From a virus (taxonomy: Duplodnaviria; Heunggongvirae; Uroviricota; Caudoviricetes), in IMG/VR virus record IMGVR_UViG_2874920711_000001: a stretch of DNA of 40,896 bases. One strand, 5' to 3'. Shown here one piece after another: positions 10,407-21,030 of this stretch (position 1 is the stretch's first letter; every line of letters begins with the position of its first letter). The notes below the pieces were generated by a model. It ran no database searches and had not been told where the DNA came from. It worked only from the letters and a program-made list of their open reading frames with translations. The position numbers and the translations under genes were made by a program.

Positions 10407-11735
10407 TTACAACTCCGCGTAATTACCGTGCGCGATGATCAATCCATAGGTGTAACAATCGAAAAGGTCATCAGCACGTTTATGCGCGTCTTTATCCGCC
10501 AGGTGGAATCCGGCGATTTGTTTTATGAGGTGGTTTGCGGTGGTGCGCTTGAATGAAACGGTCTTGTCGTAAGCCTCCCGGACGATTTTGCACATCCCCT
10601 GATAGTGGTAGCTGGATGCCATCACCGCCCGTTCGTCTTTGCCCTTGCTGGTTAGTGCCGATTTAATCGGCGTCATATCCCAGCCTTCGGTTTCCGCCTT
10701 CTGGTTGAGGATTGCCCCCATCGCGGCGTCTTCCATAAAAATTCCCTGGCTGCCCAGACGCGGACGGCATAATTTCGCGAGGCGCTCAAGGTTGTCATAA
10801 ACGCCGGGGATATATTCAGGAAGCAATGACGCTTTAATTTGCGTCACATCCCAGTCAATAATCGTCAGTTTTGGCTCTTCCGAATACGTTGACTCATAAG
10901 CGAAATACAACACGCCAGTACCATCATTTTCGGTCCCGCCTTTCAGCGCCGTATCCATCACTGCGAAAATCATGTCGCAGTACGGCGGCATCTCAATCGG
11001 CTGACCGTCCACCAGCAGCTTATCGACATCGAGTAACGCGTCTTTGGACCAGTCCACGAACTCGGCAAGATATTCCTGCTGCCAGACGCGCGGATCGGAT
11101 TTCTTCTCCGTTTCCTCCAGTTCTTCTTTCGGAATATACGGATTCGATGAAGTTGGCGCATGGTGCATGACAAATCCCAGGGATTCATCGTGGCATATCG
11201 CGTAGAAAAAATTGCTCTCGTCGATACCGTTTGGTGTGGAAAATACCCACGCACAGCCGCGGTAATCGACAAGCGTCGGGCGTATAGCTCGGGGCCAGAT
11301 TTCCTCGAGCATTTCCGGCGATTTAGTGAATGCTGCCTCATCAATCAGCACAGCGTGATATTTACGCCCACACCCGGCCAGTTTGTTATTGTCCGTTACC
11401 CAAAAGTCGATGCGCCCCCCATTACGGAGAATAATGCGCTTTTCATTTTTTGACTGGCTGAGGATCAGCGGTTGCAGAACGGCGCTAATTTCATCCCAGA
11501 TTTCCTGGTACTGGCGGTATTGTGCGGTAAAAATCCCCACCCTACCCGCGATAAGTTGCCCGGTGGTAGGAACGGCAAATTTCCGCGTAGCGAAACTGGT
11601 AGCGATGTTTACCAGCATCACCGTTTTACCCCAGCGACGACCACAGCATACCGCGTGGAAGCGTTCCTCTATTGCCGCCGTCCATGCAGCTATTTGCCCC
11701 TCATGAGGTTTTGGGAGGTAGATTTCAATCGACAT
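10407..11735 (-). CDS. Phage terminase large subunit
   Basis: 442-aa ORF with Walker A-like GRRWGKT and a C-terminal nuclease-type region; overlaps the upstream small-subunit gene. Confidence 0.8.
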   Translation of the reverse strand: MSIEIYLPKPHEGQIAAWTAAIEERFHAVCCGRRWGKTVMLVNIATSFATRKFAVPTTGQLIAGRVGIFTAQYRQYQEIWDEISAVLQPLILSQSKNEKRIILRNGGRIDFWVTDNNKLAGCGRKYHAVLIDEAAFTKSPEMLEEIWPRAIRPTLVDYRGCAWVFSTPNGIDESNFFYAICHDESLGFVMHHAPTSSNPYIPKEELEETEKKSDPRVWQQEYLAEFVDWSKDALLDVDKLLVDGQPIEMPPYCDMIFAVMDTALKGGTENDGTGVLYFAYESTYSEEPKLTIIDWDVTQIKASLLPEYIPGVYDNLERLAKLCRPRLGSQGIFMEDAAMGAILNQKAETEGWDMTPIKSALTSKGKDERAVMASSYHYQGMCKIVREAYDKTVSFKRTTANHLIKQIAGFHLADKDAHKRADDLFDCYTYGLIIAHGNYAEL

Positions 11736-12816
11736 TATCCACTCCCGGCATCGGCAGAGAGTTGTGGATAATTATTTCGTTATTCTCACCACCCACGCCT
11801 TTTTTGAGGTTTTCAATCTCAGTGCGCAGCTTTTCGTTGCGAAGCCTCAGTCCTTCAAGCTCCAGATCATTGCGACTGTCAGTTGCACCACCAGCAGAAC
11901 TTCCTTTCGTCGCCATTATCAGCTTGATAAGTTCGCGCCGGGCGGCAGCCTTATCCTCCAGCAGGATCTCAACACCAAATTTCCCGAGCTTTGCCCCTGC
12001 ATATAATTGTCGCGCATCCCCATCAAGCAGAGTGGTATCAGCCATATAAAGCTGTCCCGTTCCCTCACCGCAGCACTTCGGACAATCCGGATTGGGTATG
12101 GCGTTATCAACAAAGCCGAGGCCTCCATATTCCGGCTCGGGTTTGCCATCTCTGGAGGCCTGTGCCGCTGCCTTATCGAATTCTGCAATATCACGCCACT
12201 GGTAGAGATGATTCTCGCCCCAGCAATAACGGCAGTTAACACGGCGAAATTGTGCCAACTGATTGGGGTCGGCCTGGACAATAGCCATCAACTGACTCAC
12301 CAGTAAATCCAGGTCTGCGGTATAGCGTTTCTGATACTGATTGCGGAAGTAACTGATAGCACGATAAACCCTGGCATTTCTAAGCATACGGCTGGCGTTG
12401 CTGTTAGCTGTCGCACCTTGCCCCTCATAACCAGCCAGTCGGTATGCCTCTGTCGGCTTTTTCCCCTGAGCAACAAGCATCGCAAACTTAGCCTGCTGGT
12501 CAGAAATGCCGAATTCATCGGGGCAGAACGAAAATTCCTCCGCGTCGCCCTCATTCAGGCACGCATCGGATACTGGCTTTTTTTTCTGAGATTTTCCGTT
12601 CCGCTTTTGCGCAGTCTGCGCAGATTTTTTCTGCGCACTTTGTTGCGCAGTTTTACGCATTTCTGTCTGCGCATTTTTCGGAGGTTTTTTGATGTAACGA
12701 CGGGCTGTTGCGTAATTCAGTCCCCTTGCTTCACACCATGCCACCGGAGATATACCGGAGCGGGTGTATTCAGCAATATACTCCTGCTGCAACGCCCCCC
12801 AGTCCGGTCTGCTCAT
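11725..12816 (-). CDS. Putative phage terminase small subunit / DNA-binding packaging protein
   Basis: 363-aa ORF with N-terminal HTH-like segment, immediately upstream of and overlapping the large terminase gene. Confidence 0.5.
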   Translation of the reverse strand: MSRPDWGALQQEYIAEYTRSGISPVAWCEARGLNYATARRYIKKPPKNAQTEMRKTAQQSAQKKSAQTAQKRNGKSQKKKPVSDACLNEGDAEEFSFCPDEFGISDQQAKFAMLVAQGKKPTEAYRLAGYEGQGATANSNASRMLRNARVYRAISYFRNQYQKRYTADLDLLVSQLMAIVQADPNQLAQFRRVNCRYCWGENHLYQWRDIAEFDKAAAQASRDGKPEPEYGGLGFVDNAIPNPDCPKCCGEGTGQLYMADTTLLDGDARQLYAGAKLGKFGVEILLEDKAAARRELIKLIMATKGSSAGGATDSRNDLELEGLRLRNEKLRTEIENLKKGVGGENNEIIIHNSLPMPGVDNVD

Positions 12817-13177
12817 CAGTTAGTCCTGATTTTTATCCACCCTGAGTAGTTCGCGCAGAGCAAAGGCATCCCCTTTTCTGGCAAGCTTAAACAATACCGC
12901 TCGTAACTTGGCTTCACCTTTCGCTCCGCCCTTACGGATGGACGCATAAAATCTCGCTCATACAGCCTTGCTTTATGAATAAAACGCCCCCCAGCAGCCA
13001 GTGCTACTGGGGCGGAGGTGTTGCTGGTAAAGTTAGGTATTGGATCAATGAGTGAGTCAACATAATATTAAACTCACAATTATAAATCAGCCATATATTA
13101 GGAGCGCCAAAAAAAACCTGAAAACAATATAATAACAGGATAAATTTCAAGGCGACCAAGAATCATAGCTATGCACA

Positions 13178-14571
13178 TTAAATATTTTGCAATGTCATTA
13201 AGCACTCCGAATGACGATGCAGTAGCCCAAAACCTAATCCCATATTATTAATACATGCAGCCACTGTTGCAAATGATGTAAGAAAATCATATCCCATACC
13301 ATTTAACACCAGTATAAAAAACACCGTGAAGAGAGTATAAAGAAAAAAGAAACTCCATACAGACCTCATGACACGATCTGTAACTATCTTCCCTCCTACA
13401 TTTACACTCAACAACGCTCTGGGATGAGAAAGCTGGTTTATCTCGTGTTTGCTTTGTTTGAAAAGTATAAGAAATCGAAGTGACTTAATGCCACCACAAG
13501 TTGAACCTACACATCCCCAAAGAAACTTGACAACAGCAAAAACACTATCGTGTGCGTGGGCCAGTTTGCATAATCCTGCGTAGCTAAACCATTATCAGTG
13601 AGCATGGAGCTGGCAAGAAAAAACGAATGAATAAAACTTCCAGGCAAGTCATACATACCTATATGCCAGACCTGGAAAGAGGTAACAATGATCACCCCTA
13701 AGGCTATTAACAGAAAGAAACGAAGTTCAATATCTCTGATTAAAGGTTTTATCGTTTTCCTGCTAATAACAATATACCAAAGGGTGAAATTGAAAGCCGA
13801 TAGCAGGGAAAAAGAACCAGCCACCAGCTCAACCAAATAGTTATTAAAATATCCGATACTCTCGCTATGAGTTGAGAAACCACCAAGCGAAACTGTGGAT
13901 ATCCCGTGACAAATAGCATCAAACAAAGGCATTCCTGCAAGTCTATAACAGACAATACAAGCAATACCTAATAAAGAATAAGTTATCCAAAGTGTCCGTG
14001 ACGTATCGGCCAGGCGGGGAGTAAGTTTGTCATCCTTAAATGGCCCCGGCATTTCTGACTGATAAAGCTTTGCACCACCAATACCCAATAATGGCAATAC
14101 AGCAACCGCCAGAACAATAACTCCTAAACCACCTATAAAATTTAACTGTGACCGATAGTACAAATATGCCCGAGGTAATGAACTAACATCATCAATTACA
14201 GTTGCTCCTGTTGTTGTTATTCCAGAAACCCCTTCAAATAGAGCATCGATAAACGTTAAATTAAGTTCTGAGTCAATCCATAAAGGGAATGCACTAATAA
14301 CAGAAAACAAAATCCAAAACATTACAATTATAATAAACCCATCACGGGTACGTAATTGAATACCAGATTTCTTAGTTGTATACCACGCTCCGCCACCAAT
14401 GCAAAAAAATATAACGAAAGTTATAAAGAAAACGAACAGGCTTTTTTCTTTATAAAACAATGCTACAACCATTGGTGGCAACATTGAAAGACTATAGAGC
14501 CAAACCAGAAACCCACACATATGAGTAACAACTCTTACATGAGATGTATTCATATATAAATATTCTTTCAA
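13178..14571 (-). pseudogene. trkG: TrkH/TrkG-family potassium uptake protein, frame broken by a G-run contraction near 13514-13517
   Basis: 354-aa and 78-aa ORFs are consecutive parts of one multi-pass membrane transporter; AT-rich relative to flanks; trkG is the prophage-borne paralogue in Rac. Confidence 0.7.
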
Positions 14572-14696
14572 TTATAACCACCTTGCTGCAATATTATGAT
14601 TATACTGTATAAAATTTAACTCCTCTAAGATCTTACTTCACTGTTCCTTATGAAACAATCATCAAAATGAATCATATTGTAGTTAAGATTTTACTT

Positions 14697-15154
14697 TAAA
14701 CACTGTTCGGTTATGTATTGCTGAGCACCTTCAAGTTGGGCCTGCATCATTACCAGTCGTTCCCGGAGGGTGAAATAATCCCGTTCAGCGGTGTCTGCCA
14801 GTCTGGGGAGACTGCATTATCCACGCTGGAGGCGATGGTGGCTTCACGCACGGACGGACAGACTGCTTTGATGTGCAACCGACGACGACCAGCGGCAACA
14901 TCATCACGTAGAGCATCATTTTCAGCTTTTGCATCAGCTAACTCCTTCAGGTATTTTGCATCGAGTGCAGCAACATCACGCTGGCGTATCTGCATGTCAG
15001 TAATGATTGCGGTCGCCTGGTTGAGTTTTTCCTTCACATTATCGCGCTGCTCTTTGTAGGTAATGGCGTTATCACGGTAATGATTAACAGCCCATGACAG
15101 GCAGACGATGATGCAGATAACCAGAGCGGAGATAATCGCGGTGACTCTGCTCAT
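14697..15154 (-). pseudogene. Rz i-spanin with embedded Rz1 o-spanin; Rz frame broken at a homopolymer near 14805-14808
   Basis: N-terminus [18 protein letters not shown]; after the break the ORF frame reads the Rz1-type peptide [14 protein letters not shown] while the Rz continuation lies in the adjacent frame. Confidence 0.75.
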
Positions 15155-15646
15155 TGCTGCCCCACAAACAGACTTCACGCTCAATCTCACGACGGGTCAT
15201 CAGCCCTTTCCATTGCTTACCGCCAGCATATGTCCAGCGACGTAGCTGGTCACATGCGCCTTTGATATCGCCCTGGTTTATTTTGCGAAGAAGCGTCGAT
15301 GTTCTGAAATTGCCAGCGCCCACGTTGTAAACGAACGAGTAAAGAGCGCCGCGCGTTGTTTCCGGTATATCGACTTTGATGTACGGGTTAATTTGTCTGG
15401 CGACAGTGGCAAGGTCTTTATTCAGGAGAGCTTTGCATTCTGCTTCGGTATACGTTTTACCAGGCATGATGTCTTTTCCGGTGTGTCCGTGACATACAGT
15501 CCATACACCAATGATATCTTTGTATGGTATGTAGCTGACACCTTCCAGACCATCGTTACCACCTGGGCCAGTGATTAACACAGATGCTATAGCAACAGCC
15601 CGCCACCAATAGCAACTGCAACAGCCTTGCGTAATGATGGCGACAT
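15084..15646 (-). pseudogene. SAR-type phage endolysin (lysozyme), frame broken early at a G run near 15599-15601
   Basis: ATG overlapping the holin stop gives [16 protein letters not shown] then stops; the neighbouring frame continues [20 protein letters not shown] and a lysozyme body. Confidence 0.75.
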
Positions 15647-15860
15647 TATTCACCTCTCGCAGCCTTACGCTTATCTTCTCTTATTTTGAAATACAGATTC
15701 GTCAGATAAGTCAGAAGCCCAGAAGCAGACTTCCCAGCACACCAATCGCAGCCCACTGTGATGGACTGACCTGATCCAACCACTGCAAAAACCAGTAGCC
15801 GGCACTGCCGGCGGAGGTGCCGTAGGCAATGCCTGTTGATATTTTTTCCATCTGATACAT
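15646..15860 (-). pseudogene. Phage-21-type pinholin, frame broken at a G run near 15717-15720
   Basis: ATG at 15860 gives [49 protein letters not shown] then stop; adjacent frame continues [23 protein letters not shown]. Confidence 0.7.
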
Positions 15861-15896
15861 ATCCCGCCCCCGACAGACCTGTGCTATCGGAAAGAA

Positions 15897-15925
15897 AAAA
15901 GGCCATCAGCAAAACTCTGATGGCC
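15897..15925 (-). terminator. Rho-independent terminator-like hairpin upstream of the holin gene (tR'-like position)
   Basis: 9-bp stem GGCCATCAG/CTGATGGCC followed on the minus strand by a T run. Confidence 0.45.
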
Positions 15926-16034
15926 TGAATCACCTTTACCAATATTGTATGAAAAAACACGCACGTCTAATTGACAATAATTTTCATTTCCATTAAAAAA
16001 GATCGCGTAGCATTCTTAATTCATGAGGAACTTT

Positions 16035-16099
16035 ACCCGCCAGCAATCTGAGTAGCGAAAGCTGTTCATCCCCAATGTTTTTGCTGGCGGGTCCTTTTT
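16035..16099 (+). other. Long-loop hairpin (11-bp perfect stem, about 34-nt loop) followed by a T run
   Basis: cccgccagcaa at 16035-16045 pairs with ttgctggcggg at 16080-16090; T6 follows. Confidence 0.4.
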
Positions 16100-16536
16100 T
16101 CTACGGTCCTCCTCCCCGGAGGGGCATTTCATTATTTTTCTAATCATTACTGGTGAGAAGGCGGAAGAAAAAGCCAGTTCTTCGCCCCTAAATAACAGCA
16201 TGATTCCAGTCCATGCAAAATCTGATTTCCAGCTCACACATACCGAGCACTGTACAAAAAACCGCCAGCCAAGGCAGTTAAGAGTGTGTTCCCGGGGTTT
16301 GCTTAGAATATTTTGTAAGTTGTCCGAAGAGATATTTACAACACCAGAATGATGCATTATCAGTCCCCTGCCAGAGGTTCACTACGTAACCTGACCGACA
16401 ATGCACCATTCTGGTGCTGAAAAAAGAGCACTGGAACTGCAACAAAACAACATCACAGAACAGGAGATGGTAAGGAGTCAGACATTCCCACACAATATTG
16501 TGTCAGTGCAAATAACAACCTTCGTCTCAAATCTCG

Positions 16537-16612
<76 letters not shown>

Positions 16613-16614
16613 AT

Positions 16615-16690
<76 letters not shown>

Positions 16691-16692
16691 CG

Positions 16693-16770
16693 CTGGCCCA
16701 CCACCGAGGACTCGAACCTCGCACCGTCAACTTAGAAGGTTGATGCTCTATCCGGATGAGCTAGTGGTGG
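16693..16770 (-). tRNA. tRNA-Arg (anticodon UCU)
   Basis: Acceptor stem ccaccac/gtggtgg, anticodon stem tcaac/gttga with loop cuTCTaa, T-loop ttcgagt, 3' CCA. Confidence 0.8.
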
Positions 16771-16847
16771 TTGGTGGCCCTTGCTGGACTTGAACCAGCG
16801 ACCTGGCGATTATGAGTCGCTCGCTCTGACCAACTGAGCTAAAGGGC
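16771..16847 (-). tRNA. tRNA with CAU anticodon, Ile2-like (would be called Met by anticodon alone)
   Basis: 77-nt cloverleaf, anticodon loop cuCATaa, T-arm resembles Ile2-type tRNAs. Confidence 0.7.
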
Positions 16848-16936
16848 CGGAGGCAGAATAATAACCATATGTCATCACATCTGCAAACTCATCTGACCAC
16901 CAGCACGTTTAACGTCCTGTGCCGTTTTTCAGGTAT

Positions 16937-16958
16937 AAAAAAACCCGCATAAAGCGGG
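16937..16958 (-). terminator. Rho-independent terminator downstream of the 17056-17613 gene
   Basis: Hairpin cccgc-ttta-gcggg followed on the minus strand by T7. Confidence 0.6.
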
Positions 16959-17055
16959 CTCTTTCAAATGTCCATGTCTGCTATTCGCCTCGCGGTACAG
17001 CTTTGCGAAGCGTACAAGAATTGAAGCAGTTTATGGCTAAAATTGCAAGAACTTT

Positions 17056-17613
17056 TTAAAGCTGCATCAGCCTTTCCACCAGTTTATCTCTGCGAACAAC
17101 AAACCAACCATTGGCTCTCGCCAGTTCCAGCCATGACTCAAGGGAAATAACAATATCATCATCCCGCAACTGAATTGTGGAAACAGTGACACCGCCTTGC
17201 TGATAACAGAGAACTCGCGTGTCGTAACTTTTCTGGCATGAAACTGGCGTTGACGGCTCCTTTTGACTGAAATAGCAGTCTTCCAGTTTTTCGAACACAT
17301 CCCACGCCTGATCGGTTTCGAGCATTTTTGCGTGGCGGGCTGCGCCGCGTTCTGTCCAGAGAATGAGGGAGCGGTTTTTGGGAGAGATGGGATTTTGTGA
17401 GTAGTTTAAAGCTACCCGCAATTCTTTAAGGTCATTACCAACAACTTTGAAAAAGTGTTTCCCTTCAACGAAGCGTACTTTGTTCTCATGATGATTCTGG
17501 CGAATACGCACCGGCTCAGTGCCGTAAAGCTGCGCCAAAAGTTCGGTGGTAATAACAGGAATCTGGTTATAGGTAACAGGGGAAAGGTTTTTGACAGAAA
17601 TCTGAACAGTCAT
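17056..17613 (-). CDS. Phage regulatory protein with ORF6N/KilA-N-like domain (antirepressor-like)
   Basis: 185-aa ORF containing LILWTERGAARHAKMLETDQAWDVFEKLEDCYF, resembling phage antirepressor N-domains. Confidence 0.5.
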   Translation of the reverse strand: MTVQISVKNLSPVTYNQIPVITTELLAQLYGTEPVRIRQNHHENKVRFVEGKHFFKVVGNDLKELRVALNYSQNPISPKNRSLILWTERGAARHAKMLETDQAWDVFEKLEDCYFSQKEPSTPVSCQKSYDTRVLCYQQGGVTVSTIQLRDDDIVISLESWLELARANGWFVVRRDKLVERLMQL

Positions 17614-17899
17614 AACGACCTCGCGTTTCGATGGTTTTTAACTCACCACCTGCGACGCCAATCGCTGGGTGGTGAACTGTGCAGGGTTGGCGTAACCGGT
17701 CGAAACATCCGGCGAGTCTCTCAACTCCCCCACACAGCCCACCATAAATCGCGAATGTGACTGTGCTTAGCGCATAAAAAAACCGCCAGCGCGGTTATGC
17801 ACCGTTTTGAGGTAGCCTGAGTTTAACGGACACTCCTTCCTGAAATAGAATGGCATCAGAAGGAGCTAATAATGAGCAGAAAAACCCAACGTTACTCTA

Positions 17900-18814
17900 G
17901 GCTGTGTCCCTTAATCATCTGAGCTATAGTAACTGTCTGTTTACACAACATATTGAACTATGGCTCGCTACGACCTTCCCGATGAGGCATGGACCATCAT
18001 CAAGCCCCTGTTACCTCCTGAACCCGCCACACCACGGGCCGGACGCCCATGGGCTGAGCACCGTAAAATCATCAATGGCATGTTCTGGGTGTTATGTTCC
18101 GGTGCACCATGGCGCGATTTACCCGAACGATATGGGTCATGGAAAACTGTTTATAACCGCTTTAACCGATGGTCAAAGTCAGGCGTGATTAATATTATTT
18201 TCAACAGGTTGCTTTCGCTACTTGATGCAAACGGCTTTATTGACTGGTCTGCCACCGCGCTGGATGGCAGTAATATCCGGGCGCTGAAATGTGCCGCCGG
18301 TGCTCAAAAAAACATCCCGATATCGACGGAGATAATGGGCTGGGTCGCTCTCGCGGCGGTTTTGGCACCAAAATCCATCTGGCAACAGACGGAAGTGGCC
18401 TCCCGTTAAATATCGTGCTAAGCCCGGACAAGCTCATGAAAGCCAGTTCGCGCAACGACTTCTGGACGGGATTGGCGTTCAGCGTCAGAACGGCAGCATG
18501 AAACGCCGTGGACATGCGGTACTGGCTGATAAAGCGTATTCAGGGCGCGCATTGCGCAACGAGCTGAAAAATAACGGTATAAAGGCAGTAATCCCCCGAA
18601 AGTCAAATGAGAAAATGGCATCGGATGGACGTGCACAGCTTGATCGTGATGCGTACTGCAATCGTAATGTCGTTGAACGGTGCTTTGGGCGGCTGAAAGA
18701 ATATCGCCGCATCGCCACGCGTTACGACAAAACGGCGAGAAATTACCTGGCGATGGTGAAACTGGGCTGCATCCGACTCTTTTATCAACGCTTACGTAAT
18801 TAAGGGACACAGCC
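17900..18814 (+). mobile_element. IS5-family insertion sequence (about 915 bp), TA duplication, inserted in IS600 orfA
   Basis: Inverted ends GGCTGTGTCCCTTAAT...ATTAAGGGACACAGCC; IS600 sequence resumes with duplicated TA. Confidence 0.7.
17960..18803 (+). pseudogene. IS5-family DDE transposase, frame broken at an A7 run (18306-18312) and a G run (18426-18427)
   Basis: Three consecutive ORFs (17960-18409, 18289-18501, 18498-18803) together read as one transposase (MARYDL..., TKIHLATDG..., KAYSG...RYDKTARNY). Confidence 0.7.
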
Positions 18815-19126
18815 TAAAGAGTTCAAAGCCGAAGCTGTCAGAACGGTTCTTGAAAATCAACTTTCGATCAGTGAAGGCGCTTCCCGATTATCCCTTCCTG
18901 AAGGCACTTTAGGACAATGGGTTACCGCCGCCAGAAAAGGACTCGGTACTCCTGGTTCCCGCACGGTGGCTGAACTGGAATCTGAAATTCTGCAACTGCG
19001 TAAGGCGTTAAATGAAGCTCGCCTTGAGCGAGATATATTAAAAAAAGCAACAGCGTATTTTGCACAGGAGTCGCTGAAAAATACGCGTTAATCGAACAAT
19101 GGCGACAACAATTTCCCATTGAAGCG

Positions 19127-20086
19127 ATGTGTCAGGTATTTGGTGTATCCAGGAGCGGTTATTACAACCGGGTACAGCATGAACCCTCAGACAGAAAACA
19201 AAGTGATGAGCGGCTAAAACTGGAGATTAAGGTGGCACATATCCGCACTCGCGAAACATATGGAACCCGGCGGCTCCAGACGGAGCTGGCAGAGAATGGC
19301 ATCATCGTTGGTCGTGACCGACTGGCACGTCTTCGTAAGGAGCTAAGGCTACGCTGTAAGCAGAAACGCAAGTTCAGAGCGACTACGAACCCGAACCACA
19401 ATCTGCCAGTTGCGCCAAATCTGCTGAACCAGACGTTCGCTCCTACAGCACCAAATCAGGTCTGGGTGGCGGACCTGACGTATGTTGCCACACAGGAGGG
19501 ATGGTTGTACCTCGCTGGCATCAAAGATGTTTATACGTGCGAAATTGTCGGCTACGCCATGGGAGAGCGCATGACAAAAGAGCTGACAGGTAAAGCCCTG
19601 TTTATGGCGCTCAGGAGCCAGCGCCCACCTGCCGGGCTAATCCACCACTCTGATCGAGGTTCACAGTACTGCGCATACGATTACCGGGTCATACAGGAGC
19701 AGTTTGGTCTGAAAACATCAATGTCGCGTAAAGGTAACTGTTACGACAACGCTCCGATGGAAAGCTTCTGGGGAACGCTGAAAAATGAGAGCCTGAGCCA
19801 CTATCGTTTTAATAACCGGGATGAAGCCATCTCAGTAATACGGGAATACATTGAGATTTTCTACAATCGTCAGCGTCGTCACTCTCGTCTGGGAATATCT
19901 CCCCGGCAGCCTTCAGGGAAAAATATCATCAGATGGCTGCTTAAAAAAAGAACAAATGGTAGTGTCCGCTATTGCCAGTACACCTCATTTCGATATCCGG
20001 GACGCCAATCCCGACGCCAGATTTTGCTGGCGCGTGAGGAATATAGCCCCGGATTAACGTTGTCGTCAACAGCCACTACAGGCTAA
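19127..20086 (+). pseudogene. IS600 OrfB with altered 3' end (G-run contraction at 19891-19893); reads past the IS end
   Basis: Identical to intact OrfB up to RLG, then frame changes; ORF extends beyond the IS600 terminus at 19987. Confidence 0.75.
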
Positions 20087-20120
20087 ACTAACAATATTCC
20101 CCAACAACGAAGGATTTAAC

Positions 20121-20408
20121 ATGGCTCAGGTCTATTTTGATACACTGAAGTTCGTCGAAACCTTGGAAGCCGCAGGAATGCCGGCAGCTCAGGCGCGCGC
20201 TATATCTGCCGCAGTGAAAGATTCTCACGAAGCCGCAGAAGTCGCCACAAAGCGCGACCTAAATGATGTCAGAACTGAACTAAAAAACGACATTGCAGCC
20301 CTTGATGCAAAAATAGACAAACTCAGCCTGCAACTGACCGTCAGATTTGGTGGCATGCTCGTCGTTGCTGTTGGCGCACTGACAGCCATCATCAAATTAC
20401 CTCTTTAA
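20121..20408 (+). CDS. Hypothetical coiled-coil protein with C-terminal transmembrane helix
   Basis: 95-aa ORF with good start context; C-terminal hydrophobic stretch GGMLVVAVGALTAIIKLPL. Confidence 0.5.
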   Translation: MAQVYFDTLKFVETLEAAGMPAAQARAISAAVKDSHEAAEVATKRDLNDVRTELKNDIAALDAKIDKLSLQLTVRFGGMLVVAVGALTAIIKLPL

Positions 20409-20516
20409 ATTACCAGCCCGTTCGGGGCTGGTTTACCTTACCCCAGCGGCAAATCGAATACACAACCAGCGCCACCGCCATTGCAATTCCTACCGTGGTG
20501 AATGCTTCAGGCCAGG

Positions 20517-20975
20517 TCATCGTAAAACATCCTCCACGCTTATCAGTCCATTTCGCTTCAGGTAATCCATCGCCTTCTCCGGTAATTTGCAGTCAGGCTT
20601 AGCTTTTTTCAGTTGACTGACCAGTCGTTTAACCCACATTGTTAATTCGCTAACCTGATTACTGGATGCTAGTAGGTTGTCGGCTTTACCCAGAATGACA
20701 GCACAGCAAGCCTCTTTGAGTACCCAGTCAACAGCGTCTTTCCATGCTCCTGTTTCGACTGGTGGATTCTCACGCTTTACCTGTTCATAAAAGCGCACGG
20801 CTTTAACCAGTCCTTCTGATGTCACCTGGACTGGCGGGGCAGTGAATAAGGCCTGAATTTCATAGTTCGGCCTGTCGTTACAATCCTCTTTTTTCGGTAC
20901 ATATTTCCAGTCACCAGACCACCACTTCCCCTGAAAGTCCGTAACGCCTTTTTTTTCACGTAGCGATATCGCCAT
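20517..20975 (-). CDS. Hypothetical phage protein (152 aa)
   Basis: Uninterrupted ORF convergent with 20121-20408; no family recognised. Confidence 0.45.
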   Translation of the reverse strand: MAISLREKKGVTDFQGKWWSGDWKYVPKKEDCNDRPNYEIQALFTAPPVQVTSEGLVKAVRFYEQVKRENPPVETGAWKDAVDWVLKEACCAVILGKADNLLASSNQVSELTMWVKRLVSQLKKAKPDCKLPEKAMDYLKRNGLISVEDVLR

Positions 20976-21030
20976 GCCACTGTTTTTGCTTGCCCCGCCG
21001 TTTCATGCCCTTCCTGATAATTAATCTCGC

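Larger units (their letters stand above)
17808..19987 (+). mobile_element. IS600 copy with a nested IS5-family element in orfA; 3-bp direct repeat TTT
   Basis: IS600 ends at 17808 and 19987; TTT at 17805-17807 and 19988-19990. Confidence 0.85.

Noticed and set aside
15646-15960. 104-aa ORF as the holin
   Set aside because: Only its C-terminal 23 residues are holin sequence; the real N-terminus is in the adjacent frame from the ATG at 15860, joined by a 1-bp G-run change.
15930-16536. Shiga-toxin-type cargo between the tRNA cluster and the holin gene
   Set aside because: The layout resembles Stx phages, but the interval has no ORF with any toxin-like features and is too short.
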